Origin: an uncultured Clostridia bacterium
GTDB taxonomy: Bacteria > Bacillota > Clostridia > Christensenellales > Borkfalkiaceae
Assembly (NCBI GenBank): GCA_947629485.1
Contig: CANRDX010000001.1
Location: 6,663-70,662 of the forward strand
Reading direction: 5' to 3'
DNA: 64,000 nucleotides
The notes under the pieces: model-generated
Databases searched by the model: none
The model's input: the letters and a program-made list of their open reading frames with translations, nothing else
Told to the model about the DNA's origin: nothing
Made by a program: the position numbers and the translations under genes
In this document: positions 17,128-27,003 of the stretch, piece by piece
How positions within the stretch are numbered: position 1 is the stretch's first letter
How the letters are laid out: each line of letters begins with the position of its first letter

Positions 17128-17154
17128 ACAGGGTCTGAACGGGACCCTGTTTTT
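17128..17154 (+). terminator. Intrinsic terminator
   Basis: Stem acagggtc/gaccctgt, then tttt. Confidence 0.75.
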
Positions 17155-17168
17155 GCACACCGAATTTC

Positions 17169-17198
17169 TTGACAACGCGCCCTGTTTTTTGGTAAAAT
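17169..17198 (+). promoter_or_regulatory. Sigma-A promoter placed for a leaderless ruvC transcript
   Basis: TTGACA, 18-nt spacer, TAAAAT ending at 17198. The ruvC ATG is at 17205 and has no Shine-Dalgarno. Confidence 0.6.
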
Positions 17199-17204
17199 GA
17201 ACGT

Positions 17205-17702
17205 ATGATAATTTTAGGGCTTGACCCCGGCTACGGCACGATGGGGTACGGCGTCATCGAGAAAGACGCACGGGGGAATTGTTCCCCCGTGGATTTCGGC
17301 GTCGTCAAGACGCCCGCGAGCGAAAATTTCGCCGTGCGGCTCTGCATGCTTGAAGAGGGCGTGAACGCGCTCTTCGATCGCTTTCAGCCCGAAGAGGCGG
17401 CGATGGAGGAGCTGTTCTTCTCCAAGAACGTGACAACGGGCATTGCCGTCGCCCATGCGCGCGGCGTGATCCTCCTCACCTGCAACAAGCGGTGCGGGAA
17501 GATCTTTGAATACACGCCCAACCAGATCAAGCAGGCGCTCACGGGATGGGGCGGCGCAGATAAGGGGCAGATGCAGCGGTGCGTCGCCTCGCACCTGCGC
17601 TTAAAGTCCATTCCCCGCCCCGACGACGCCGCCGACGCCCTCGCCGTCGCCCTCTGCCATGCGTTTACGAACAGATTCGCGGGGCTTTTCGGCGTGAAAT
17701 AG
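17205..17702 (+). CDS. ruvC: Crossover junction endodeoxyribonuclease RuvC
   Basis: MIILGLDPGYGTMGYGVIE, including the catalytic Asp, and the C-terminal DAADALAVALCH motif. Confidence 0.93.
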   Translation: MIILGLDPGYGTMGYGVIEKDARGNCSPVDFGVVKTPASENFAVRLCMLEEGVNALFDRFQPEEAAMEELFFSKNVTTGIAVAHARGVILLTCNKRCGKIFEYTPNQIKQALTGWGGADKGQMQRCVASHLRLKSIPRPDDAADALAVALCHAFTNRFAGLFGVK

Positions 17703-17740
17703 GGAAGAACGCTCGGCAAACGCCGCCTGCGTGCTAAAAT

Positions 17741-18112
17741 GAGATGTGGAGAACGAACCGTAGTAAATTTTGTTTTGCGAGGTGCGGACTTCGTATCAGG
17801 GGATTCACTCCCCCACTGCGTGGGGGCGGAATGACGCATTTCCCTCAAGCAAAACAAAATTTGTGAACTCAATTCCTTGCGTTAGGCGGAATTCACTTCC
17901 GCCGTGCGCGACCCAATTTGGCAAGCCCTGTTGCCTTAATGACTTTGAGAACAGAAAAGTCCAGCGGGCGATACGGCTTAGAGATGTACAATACTAACCC
18001 CTCGTAAAGTTTTGTTTTGCGAAGAATGGACTACGTATAAGGGGATTCACTCAACCCCGTTGGGGTTTCGGAATGACGCGGTGCCCCAAAAAGCAAAACA
18101 AAATTTACGAAA
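17741..18112. repeat. Two MITE-like palindromic elements (about 100 nt each) in the ruvC-ruvA spacer (locus D)
   Basis: Copy 1 lies at about 17761-17868 and copy 2 at about 18004-18112. Both are bounded by inverted repeats aaattttgttttgc / gcaaaacaaaattt and both are preceded by gagatgt (unit period about 240 bp). Confidence 0.8.
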
Positions 18113-18126
18113 CAAAAAGGCTTCAT

Positions 18127-18729
18127 ATGATCGGTTATCTGAAAGGAAAAGTAAAATGTATCTCCCCCGACTACATTCTGATGGAAGTGGGCGGCGTGGG
18201 GTATGAGATCGTGTGTTCGGGCGCGGCGTTTTCGCGTCTTTCGGGCGTGAGAGCGGGCGAGGAAGGCGAGGTCTATACCTATTTGCAGGTGAAGGAGGAC
18301 GGCATTACCCTCTTCGGCTTTGCCGATCCGCAGGAAAAGACGCTCTTTCTGCGCCTTACCTCGGTGCAGGGCGTGGGGGCGAAGCTGGCGATCGCGATCC
18401 TCTCCTCCATGCGCTACTTCGAGGTCTCCGAGGCGATCGCGACCGCCGATTCCAGAAGGCTCTCCGCCGTGAAGGGCGTCGGCAAAAAGACGGCGGAGCG
18501 CATTATTTTGGAACTTCACGGCAAGATCTCCGCGGACGAGCTTTTGGGAAGCGAAACGGTGGGTGGGAGAGTTTCCGTGCCTACCATGTCCGAGGACGAC
18601 GACGCAGTCTCTGCGCTCATGGGCTTGGGATTCACGAAGCAGGAGAGTACGCAGGCTGTCGCAAGGGCAAAGGCCGCGGGCGCAAAGACGGTGGAGGAGA
18701 TCCTCTCCGCCGCGCTGCGCGGCATGTAA
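18127..18729 (+). CDS. ruvA: Holliday junction branch migration complex subunit RuvA
   Basis: MIGYLKGKV start and HhH motifs (VQGVGAKLAIAIL, VKGVGKKTAERI). The upstream extension in the ORF track lies inside the repeat and is discounted. Confidence 0.92.
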   Translation: MIGYLKGKVKCISPDYILMEVGGVGYEIVCSGAAFSRLSGVRAGEEGEVYTYLQVKEDGITLFGFADPQEKTLFLRLTSVQGVGAKLAIAILSSMRYFEVSEAIATADSRRLSAVKGVGKKTAERIILELHGKISADELLGSETVGGRVSVPTMSEDDDAVSALMGLGFTKQESTQAVARAKAAGAKTVEEILSAALRGM

Positions 18730-18756
18730 CACGCGCGCAAAAAGGAAGGGGTGAAC

Positions 18757-19806
18757 ATGTTTGACGACGATTTCGGGGGCGAACGGCTGATTTCGAGCGC
18801 AAAGAGCGAATACGACATCGAGGAAAATATCCTTCGTCCCAAGACGATGGAGGAGTATATCGGGCAGGACAAGATCAAGGAGAATCTTGCCGTCTATATG
18901 GCCGCCGCAAAGAACCGCGGCGAGGCGCTCGACCATGTTCTTTTATACGGCCCGCCCGGGCTGGGCAAGACGACGCTCGCCCACATCATCGCGAATACGA
19001 TGGGCACGCAGATCAAGGTGACTTCCGGCCCCGCCATCGAGCGATCGGGCGATCTTGCCGCCATTCTGACCAATCTCAACGAGGGAGATATCCTGTTTAT
19101 CGACGAGATCCACCGCCTCAACCACGCCGTGGAGGAGATCCTCTATTCCGCGATGGAGGACTACGCGCTGGATATCATCGTCGGAAAAGGCCCCTCCGCC
19201 CGCAATATCCGTTTTTCCTTGAAGCGGTTCACGCTGATCGGCGCAACGACGCGCGCGGGCATGCTCTCCTCGCCCCTCAGAGACCGCTTCGGCATCATGT
19301 GCCGCCTCGACATGTATACCCCGTCTGAGCTTCAACGCATCGTCGAGCGTTCCGCAAAGACGTTGGGGATCGCCTTCGAGGGCGACGGGAGCTATGAGAT
19401 CGCAAGGCGTTCCCGCGGCACGCCGCGTATTGCCAACCGCCTTCTCAAACGCGTACGCGACTTCTCCGCGGTGCGCGGAAGCGCGAAGATCACCAAAGAG
19501 GACGCCCGCGGCGCCCTCGCCCGCATGGAGATCGACGAACTCGGCCTCGACGAGACGGATAGGAATCTTTTGAGGGCGCTCATCGAGAAGTTCAACGGCG
19601 GACCTGCGGGGCTGGATACGCTTGCTGCGACGACGGGGGAGGACGTGGGCACCATCGAGGATATCTACGAACCCTATCTTCTGCAACTCGGTTTCATTGC
19701 GCGCACGCCGCGCGGCAGGGTGTGCCTCAAAGGGGGCTATGAACACATGGGCGTGAAAATGCCCGAATCGGTGCGCAAGCAGATGAGCGTTTTCGATAAC
19801 GACTGA
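18757..19806 (+). CDS. ruvB: Holliday junction branch migration DNA helicase RuvB
   Basis: Walker [46 protein letters not shown] upstream of ATG 18757. Confidence 0.95.
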   Translation: MFDDDFGGERLISSAKSEYDIEENILRPKTMEEYIGQDKIKENLAVYMAAAKNRGEALDHVLLYGPPGLGKTTLAHIIANTMGTQIKVTSGPAIERSGDLAAILTNLNEGDILFIDEIHRLNHAVEEILYSAMEDYALDIIVGKGPSARNIRFSLKRFTLIGATTRAGMLSSPLRDRFGIMCRLDMYTPSELQRIVERSAKTLGIAFEGDGSYEIARRSRGTPRIANRLLKRVRDFSAVRGSAKITKEDARGALARMEIDELGLDETDRNLLRALIEKFNGGPAGLDTLAATTGEDVGTIEDIYEPYLLQLGFIARTPRGRVCLKGGYEHMGVKMPESVRKQMSVFDND

Positions 19807-19807
19807 C

Positions 19808-20827
19808 ATGAAAACTTCCGATTTTTACTACGATCTTCCCGAGGAGCTGATCGCCCAAACTCCTGCGGAGCCGCGAGATTCTTCGCGGCTTTTGGTCTAT
19901 CACAGGGATACAAAAGAGATTGAGCACAGGATCTTTCGGGATATCGCCGAATATTTCCGCCCCGGGGACGTCTTGGTCGTCAACCGCACGCGCGTGTTGC
20001 CCGCCCGCCTTTATGCCTTCACCGAGAGCGGCGGGAAGGTGGAAGTGCTCCTTCTCAAACGGCGGTCGCTGAACGAATGGGAGGCGCTCGTAAAGCCCGG
20101 GAAGAAATGCAAGACGGGCGTCCGTCTCACGGTGAACGGCGAGCTGTCTTTGGAGATCGTCGATATCACGCCGACGGGGGAGCGGGGGATCCGCTTCTTC
20201 TACGAGGGGGCGTTTGAAGATGTGCTCTCCCGCGTGGGCACCGTTCCTCTCCCCCCCTACATTCACGAAAAACTCTCCGACCCCGAGCGGTACCAGACGG
20301 TGTATGCGCGGGAGAACGGCTCTTCGGCGGCGCCTACGGCGGGGCTGCACTTTACGCCCGAACTCCTTTCCAAGATCAAGGCGGCGGGCGTGGAGATCGC
20401 GGAAGTCCTTCTTCACGTCGGGCTGGGCACCTTCCGTCCCGTCAAGGTGGAAGACGTGGAGACGCACGTCATGCACTCCGAGTTCTACGAGGTGAGCGAG
20501 GAGGCGGCGGAAAAGATCAACCGCGCCCGCCGAAACGGGGGAAGGGTGATCTGCGTGGGCACCACGTCCGTCCGCACGCTCGAAACGGTCGCGGACATGG
20601 ATGGCACTGTTCGCGCCGCGAGGGGGGAAACTTCCATCTTCATCTACCCGCCCTATCGCTTCAAGTGCTGCGACGCGCTCATCACGAACTTTCATCTTCC
20701 CGAGAGCACGCTCCTCATGCTCGTCTCCTCGCTTTGCTCGCGGGAAGAGATCCTGCACGTCTATGAGGTGGCGGTAAGGGAGAGGTATCGCTTTTTCTCC
20801 TTCGGCGATGCGTGCCTCTTCTTATAA
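19808..20827 (+). CDS. queA: S-adenosylmethionine:tRNA ribosyltransferase-isomerase
   Basis: [21 protein letters not shown] and HVGLGTF motifs. The ATG lies 1 nt after the ruvB stop. Confidence 0.95.
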   Translation: MKTSDFYYDLPEELIAQTPAEPRDSSRLLVYHRDTKEIEHRIFRDIAEYFRPGDVLVVNRTRVLPARLYAFTESGGKVEVLLLKRRSLNEWEALVKPGKKCKTGVRLTVNGELSLEIVDITPTGERGIRFFYEGAFEDVLSRVGTVPLPPYIHEKLSDPERYQTVYARENGSSAAPTAGLHFTPELLSKIKAAGVEIAEVLLHVGLGTFRPVKVEDVETHVMHSEFYEVSEEAAEKINRARRNGGRVICVGTTSVRTLETVADMDGTVRAARGETSIFIYPPYRFKCCDALITNFHLPESTLLMLVSSLCSREEILHVYEVAVRERYRFFSFGDACLFL

Positions 20828-20837
20828 GCGGCGCATC

Positions 20838-21140
20838 TCTTCGTCGCGCTTGCGTTTTCCCTCGGTCATTTACCTCATAGTAAACTCCCGTCGGGAAAGC
20901 CGCGCGCTCCTCGACCTGCTTGCTTCTAAAAAGAGGCATTCTCCGTGAGGACGACTTGTTTCGTCGCGCTTGACGGCGGGTCGCGTACCTTTGTACGCTC
21001 CCCTTGTCAACGCTCGCTTTCCTTGTCTTGCTCGTTTCTAAAAACAAGCGACCTTCCTTCTCTGTAAGGGTGGCTCCCTTCGTCGCTTACGCGCGCTCCT
21101 CAACCTGCTTGCTTCTAAAAAGAGGCATTCTCCGCAAGGC
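20838..21140. repeat. Direct and degenerate repeats in the queA-tgt spacer (locus E)
   Basis: gcgcgctcctc(g/a)acctgcttgcttctaaaaagaggcattctccg occurs at about 20902-20946 and about 21091-21135. cttcgtcgcgcttg-like units occur at 20838, 20959 and 21078. Confidence 0.8.
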
Positions 21141-21197
21141 GTGGCGATGAGAGCGCCCTTCATATGCGGGAATACGCTCGCCATTGGCTCGGTATGA

Positions 21198-22361
<1,164 letters not shown>

Positions 22362-22418
22362 AACACCAAATTTCGCACATGAAAAACAGGTGAAATGGGA
22401 AATTCCCCCGGAAAACGC

Positions 22419-22447
22419 TTGCCAAAAGCGCAAAAAGTTTGTATGAT
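22419..22447 (+). promoter_or_regulatory. Sigma-A-type promoter
   Basis: TTGCCA, 17-nt spacer, TATGAT. Confidence 0.55.
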
Positions 22448-22492
22448 GTTTGAGAAAAACCTTTTAGAAAAGGAACAAGGAATAAAGAATCT

Positions 22493-23338
22493 ATGAAAAG
22501 AATGAAAAGAAAATTTCTCCCCGTACTCTTGACGCTTCTTGCGCTTCTCGTGTGCCTCTTCTCGCTGGCGGGCTGCGGCGGCGGGAATTCCGTTACGGGC
22601 AAGTACGTCAACCCCTCGACGTCCACCGACATCTATGAGCTGAAAGAAAACGATGCATGGTCGCACGGCGAGGAGAGCGGAACCTACGTTTATACCGAAG
22701 CAGACGGCAAGATCTCTTTCAGGAGCGACGACGCCGAAGTTGCGAGCGGGACTTTGAAGGACGGCACCTTGACGGTCGGCGGCAAGACCTATAAGAAGGA
22801 GTCGAGCGGAAACTTCTTCTCGCAGTACGGAATGTATATTCTCCTCGGCGTGATCGTTGTCCTTCTCATCGTATGGTTTATCTTCTCGGGGCGGAAGAAC
22901 AAGTCCCGCCAGCAGGAGTATGTCGAACAGATCCAGGCGATCCGTCCCGGCAACAAGGTGAAGTCCACGGGCGGTATCTGCGGGATCGTCGTCGAAGTGT
23001 GCGACGACAACACCGTGATCATCGAAACGGGCAGCGAAACTTCGGGGAAATCCTATTTCAAGCTCGATAAGGAATCCATCTATCAGACGGACGCGAAGGG
23101 GCCGACGCAGATCGCCCGCGAACAGGCGGAGGCGGCAAAGCGCGCGGCAAAGGCGGGGACGGCTGCCGATACAGCTCCCGCAGCTCCCGAAGCGCCCTCG
23201 GACGCGCCCGCGGAAGCTCCCGCAGAGGAGCCTGTGTTCCCCGAGGAAGTGGCAGCTCCCGAGAGCGAGACGGAGCCTGCACCCGAAGAAGACGAGACGG
23301 CGGCAGAGCCTGCGCCCGAAGAGGAAGACAAGGAATAA
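22493..23338 (+). CDS. yajC: YajC-domain protein with N-terminal lipoprotein ectodomain and acidic Pro/Ala/Glu-rich tail
   Basis: Lipobox SLAGC, an ectodomain of about 90 aa, one TM, and a YajC core (RKNKSRQQEYVEQIQAIRPGNKVKSTGGICGIVVEV). An APEAPSDAPAEAPAEEP..EEEDKE tail of about 75 aa follows. Confidence 0.8.
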   Translation: MKRMKRKFLPVLLTLLALLVCLFSLAGCGGGNSVTGKYVNPSTSTDIYELKENDAWSHGEESGTYVYTEADGKISFRSDDAEVASGTLKDGTLTVGGKTYKKESSGNFFSQYGMYILLGVIVVLLIVWFIFSGRKNKSRQQEYVEQIQAIRPGNKVKSTGGICGIVVEVCDDNTVIIETGSETSGKSYFKLDKESIYQTDAKGPTQIAREQAEAAKRAAKAGTAADTAPAAPEAPSDAPAEAPAEEPVFPEEVAAPESETEPAPEEDETAAEPAPEEEDKE

Positions 23339-23348
23339 ACAAGAAACG

Positions 23349-23381
23349 CTCCGCATACGTTAACGCATGCGGAGGTTTTTT
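23349..23381 (+). terminator. Intrinsic terminator after yajC whose 3' arm contains the next gene's Shine-Dalgarno
   Basis: ctccgcatacgttaacgcatgcggag hairpin (23349-23374), then tttttt. The GGAGG at 23371-23375 is 6 nt from ATG 23382. Confidence 0.65.
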
Positions 23382-23759
23382 ATGGAAGAAGGTTGGAAAC
23401 GGGCGGCGACCCAAGTGGCGCTTGCAGCCGCATTCGCGGCGGTATTCTATCTTTTGGCGGCGGCGCTGTTCGCCGTCATCGTAAAGGCGTATGCCCCCTC
23501 GCAGACGGCCATTGTCGCCGTGAATTGGGCGATCAAAGGGGCGGGCGCCTTCGCGTTCCCCCTCATCTTCGTGCGGAAGGGGCGCGCGCTCTTCAAGGGA
23601 TTGGCGGCGGGCGCGCTCGCGTGCGTTCTCGCCATGCTCCTCTTCGGCGCGATCGGCGGGTTCCATGTGACGGCGTTCTTCCCCCTCGAACTGCTGTTTT
23701 GCGCGGCGCTCGGCGGGCTTGGCGCGATCTTCGGCGTAAAATTGCGCAAAGAAGAATAA
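23382..23759 (+). CDS. Small membrane protein, possibly TIGR04086/YrzE-like
   Basis: About 125 aa with hydrophobic helices carrying Gly/Ala-rich faces (WAIKGAGAFAFPLIF, GLAAGALACVLAMLLFGAIGG). Start moved from 23367, which lies inside the terminator stem, to 23382. Confidence 0.55.
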   Translation: MEEGWKRAATQVALAAAFAAVFYLLAAALFAVIVKAYAPSQTAIVAVNWAIKGAGAFAFPLIFVRKGRALFKGLAAGALACVLAMLLFGAIGGFHVTAFFPLELLFCAALGGLGAIFGVKLRKEE

Positions 23760-23764
23760 AACGC

Positions 23765-23793
23765 TTGCAATTCGCCGCCGCAAGGTATATAAT
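23765..23793 (+). promoter_or_regulatory. Consensus sigma-A promoter for the SCIFF operon
   Basis: TTGCAA, 17-nt spacer, TATAAT. A GGAG RBS lies 7 nt before ATG 23815. Confidence 0.65.
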
Positions 23794-23814
23794 AGAGAAA
23801 AAAGGAGAACTGCC

Positions 23815-23967
23815 ATGATCAAGACGATAGCAAAACCTGCCGAAAAGAAAGTTACGGGCTGCGGCGAGTGCAGGAGCACCTGCCAATCCGCCTGCAAGAC
23901 GAGCTGCACCGTGGGGAATCAGTCCTGCGAGCGCGTGACCCGCGAACAGAAGATCGAGAGAAAGTAA
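23815..23967 (+). CDS. scfA: SCIFF (six-cysteines-in-forty-five) ranthipeptide precursor
   Basis: 50-codon ORF absent from the supplied track. My translation is MIKTIAKPAEKKVTGCGECRSTCQSACKTSCTVGNQSCERVTREQKIERK. It carries the family signature GCGEC..TCQSACKTSCTVGNQ.CE and sits directly upstream of its radical SAM maturase. Confidence 0.9.
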   Translation: MIKTIAKPAEKKVTGCGECRSTCQSACKTSCTVGNQSCERVTREQKIERK

Positions 23968-23984
23968 CTGAGCGCGCTTCCGAT

Positions 23985-24010
23985 GAGCGACGGTTTCCCG
24001 TCGCTCTTTT
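23985..24010 (+). terminator. Intra-operon attenuating hairpin between precursor and maturase
   Basis: Stem gagcgacgg/ccgtcgctc with loop tttc, then tttt. Confidence 0.55.
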
Positions 24011-24028
24011 AACGTATCCGAAAAAAAT

Positions 24029-25366
24029 ATGGTACATACATTTTCCTATCACGGTCAATATTATCTCTACGACACGGGCAGCGGGAGCTTGCACGAATGC
24101 GACGAACGCACCGCGCGCTACTTCTCGGGCGAACCCGTTCCGCTCTCGGACGAAGAACTCGCCGAGATCGCAGACCTCAAAGCGCAGGGGCTTTTAGATG
24201 CTCCCGAAACGGAGGCGCGCCCCATCAAATCGCATGAGATCAAGGCGCTTTGCCTGCACGTCAGCCACGACTGCAACCTGCGCTGCCGCTATTGCTTTGC
24301 CGACGAGGGCGCATACCATTCCGTCCGCGAGGTGATGTCCTTCGAGACGGCGAAGGCGGCGATCGACTTCCTCCTCGCCAACAGCGGGGCGCGCCGCGTT
24401 CTCGAAGTGGACTTCTTCGGCGGCGAGCCGCTCATGAATCTCGACGTCGTGAAGCGGACGGTATACTACGCAAAGGAAGAGGCCGCCAAGCTCGGCAAGC
24501 GGTTTTTATTCACGACGACGACCAACGGGCTGCTCCTCGACGACGAGACGATCGCGTTTTTCAACGAAGAGATGGAAAACGTCGTGCTCTCTCTCGACGG
24601 CAGGAAGGAAGTCCACGACGCCGTGCGAAAGACGGTGAACGGGAAGGGCAGCTACGACGCCGTCGTCGAAAAGATCAAAAAATTCGTGCGGGCGCGGGGG
24701 GACAAGCACTACTATGTCCGCGGCACGTTCACGGCGAAGAATCTCGATTTTGCCAAAGACGTGCTCTTTCTGGCGGACAGCGGGTTCGACAGCATCTCGC
24801 TCGAACCCGTCGTCACGGATATCCCCGATCTCGCCATCAAGGAAGAACATCTTCCTATCATCGAAAAGGAGTACGAGAATCTCTGCGACGAATACATAAA
24901 GCGCGAGGCGGAGGGGAAGGGATTTTTATTCTTCCACTTCCACATCGATCTCGAAGGCGGGCCTTGCCTCAGCAAGCGGGTCTCGGCGTGCGGCGCGGGC
25001 AACGAATATTTTTCGGTGGTGCCGAACGGCGACATCTATCCCTGCCACCAATTTGCGGGGGACAGGGAATTCCGCATGGGCAGCGTGTTCGAGGGGAAGT
25101 TGGACGGCGCGCTGCGCGAGAAGTTCGCTTCGAGCTGTCTCTTCACGCGAAAAAAATGCAAGGATTGCTTCGCAAAGTTCATCTGCTCGGGCGGTTGCAG
25201 CGCCAACAACTACCATTACTGCGGCGATATCGACGAGCCGTACCCCATGACGTGCGCGATGATGAAGAAGCGCATCGAGTGCGCAATGCACGTGCTGGCG
25301 GCGCGGAAAGCGCGCGAAACGGAAGCGGCGGAGCGGGAAAAACAAGAAAAAAATCAAGAAAATTAA
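24029..25366 (+). CDS. scfB: SCIFF radical SAM/SPASM maturase
   Basis: CNLRCRYC radical SAM cluster and C-terminal SPASM cysteines (CGAGNEYFSVVPNGDIYPCHQF, CKDCFAKFICSGGCSANN). It is adjacent to scfA. Confidence 0.9.
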   Translation: MVHTFSYHGQYYLYDTGSGSLHECDERTARYFSGEPVPLSDEELAEIADLKAQGLLDAPETEARPIKSHEIKALCLHVSHDCNLRCRYCFADEGAYHSVREVMSFETAKAAIDFLLANSGARRVLEVDFFGGEPLMNLDVVKRTVYYAKEEAAKLGKRFLFTTTTNGLLLDDETIAFFNEEMENVVLSLDGRKEVHDAVRKTVNGKGSYDAVVEKIKKFVRARGDKHYYVRGTFTAKNLDFAKDVLFLADSGFDSISLEPVVTDIPDLAIKEEHLPIIEKEYENLCDEYIKREAEGKGFLFFHFHIDLEGGPCLSKRVSACGAGNEYFSVVPNGDIYPCHQFAGDREFRMGSVFEGKLDGALREKFASSCLFTRKKCKDCFAKFICSGGCSANNYHYCGDIDEPYPMTCAMMKKRIECAMHVLAARKARETEAAEREKQEKNQEN

Positions 25367-25385
25367 AGAAGCGGCGCATTTCAGC

Positions 25386-25414
25386 TTGACGTGCGCGCGG
25401 TTCTATATTATAAT
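25386..25414 (+). promoter_or_regulatory. Consensus sigma-A promoter for secDF
   Basis: TTGACG, 17-nt spacer, TATAAT. Confidence 0.65.
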
Positions 25415-25488
25415 GTTAAGAGTGAGTTTTTCCGATAGGAACAGCTTTTCAAAGCGGGAATACCCGTTCACGATACAGGAGGAGGCTA

Positions 25489-27003
25489 ATGGGTAAGAAA
25501 AAATCGGCGGCATATCTTGTGCTGATCACCGTTCTGATACTCGGACTTTGCTTGATGTGTTTCCTGCCGTTTTTCTACGGCGGCGTAAAGGGCTTCAATC
25601 CATTCCCGAGCATGTCGGGGAAGGACGCGCTGCTCGGCAACGGATTTGCAGACGGTTATACCACGGACGGCGGCGACGATTATATCGGCGGCGGCTATTC
25701 TTTCGTGTTCTATCCCGAAGGCGTGATCCCGCTTTCGGACTATGAGGACAACCTCGAAAGCAAGACGGGCGACGAGCAGACGAAATACGCGGAGAAGTAT
25801 CAAACGTTCGGCGAACTGTGCATCGAGAAGGAGCTTCTCGGGGAAGACGGCAAACCGGGCGAGGACTTTCTCGCCGCTTTCGACGCGGCTGTCTGCCAAT
25901 TCCGGACGCGCGTCCGCGAACTGAACCTCGAAAATGCCGCGCTCGATATCGTAAACGATTACAGCGTGCGCGTCTTTTTGCCCGATCTCGGCAACAGGAC
26001 AACGCAGTTTTCCGTGTTCCGCGCGGTCGGCACGATGGGTGAATTCACGTTGAGCTACGGTTCAAGCGCCGACAGCGCGACGCCGCTCTCCTATTCGAGA
26101 AAGGAGAACGGAGAGTTCGAGACGATCAACGACTATGTGGACGGCGCCTACTCTATGGTCCGCGGCGGGACAAGTTACGTCGTCATCCGCTTCACCTCGA
26201 AGGGAAGGGACATGCTGCAAAGCTGGACTTCAGACGCCGCGAATTCCTCCGTCACGATCTATTTCAAGATCGGCGATACGGTGCTCATTCCTCTGACCAT
26301 CAACGAGACGATTACCGAGAAGTCGCTTCCCATCAGCGGGAGCTATACCTCGGATTCGGCGCATGCGATCGCGCTTGCGATCGACACGGCGGTCAATAGC
26401 ACGCCCACCGATCTTTCCTTCACGGCGTATTCGGGCGCGCGCCACGAAGCGCTCTTCGGCGGACTTGCGCTCACGCTCTGCTATGTTGCCTTCGGCGTAA
26501 TCGCCCTTGCCATGCTCGCGTTCTTCTTTGTGCGCTATCATCTGCTCGGATTCGTTCAGCTCTACTCCTTCCTCATCTATCTCCTTCCCATGATCGTGCT
26601 CATCTGGGGCATTCCCTTCCTGCACATCGGGATCGAGACCTTCCTCGCCGTTCTCTTCGGCGCGGCGCTGCTCTCCTTCTCCAACATCGCGGTATTCGAG
26701 AGCGCGCGGAAGGAATTCGCGCTGGGCAAGACGATCGCCTCGTCCGTCAAGGCGAGCTATAAGAAGCACTTCTGGGGCGTGTTCGACGTGCATGTCATCG
26801 TCGCTCTGCTCGCCTTTGTCACCTACTTTATTTCCATAACGCAGCTCTCCGTGTTCGCGTTCACGCTCGGCCTCGGCGCCGTGCTCTCCGGGCTTATTTC
26901 GCTCGCCGTCGGGCGGCTGAACTGGGCGGCGATGATGTCGCTCGCCAAGAACAAGGGAGCGTTCTGCAACTTCAAGAGAGGGGAGGATACGGACGATGAG
27001 TAA
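25489..27003 (+). CDS. secD: SecD-like protein translocase subunit (divergent)
   Basis: 504 aa. N-terminal TM, a large ectodomain, and a C-terminal 5-6 TM block that aligns by eye to the SecD core (..LGKTIASSV..FDVHVIV..). Its position after yajC/SCIFF matches clostridial synteny. Canonical polar motifs are degenerate. Confidence 0.7.
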   Translation: MGKKKSAAYLVLITVLILGLCLMCFLPFFYGGVKGFNPFPSMSGKDALLGNGFADGYTTDGGDDYIGGGYSFVFYPEGVIPLSDYEDNLESKTGDEQTKYAEKYQTFGELCIEKELLGEDGKPGEDFLAAFDAAVCQFRTRVRELNLENAALDIVNDYSVRVFLPDLGNRTTQFSVFRAVGTMGEFTLSYGSSADSATPLSYSRKENGEFETINDYVDGAYSMVRGGTSYVVIRFTSKGRDMLQSWTSDAANSSVTIYFKIGDTVLIPLTINETITEKSLPISGSYTSDSAHAIALAIDTAVNSTPTDLSFTAYSGARHEALFGGLALTLCYVAFGVIALAMLAFFFVRYHLLGFVQLYSFLIYLLPMIVLIWGIPFLHIGIETFLAVLFGAALLSFSNIAVFESARKEFALGKTIASSVKASYKKHFWGVFDVHVIVALLAFVTYFISITQLSVFAFTLGLGAVLSGLISLAVGRLNWAAMMSLAKNKGAFCNFKRGEDTDDE

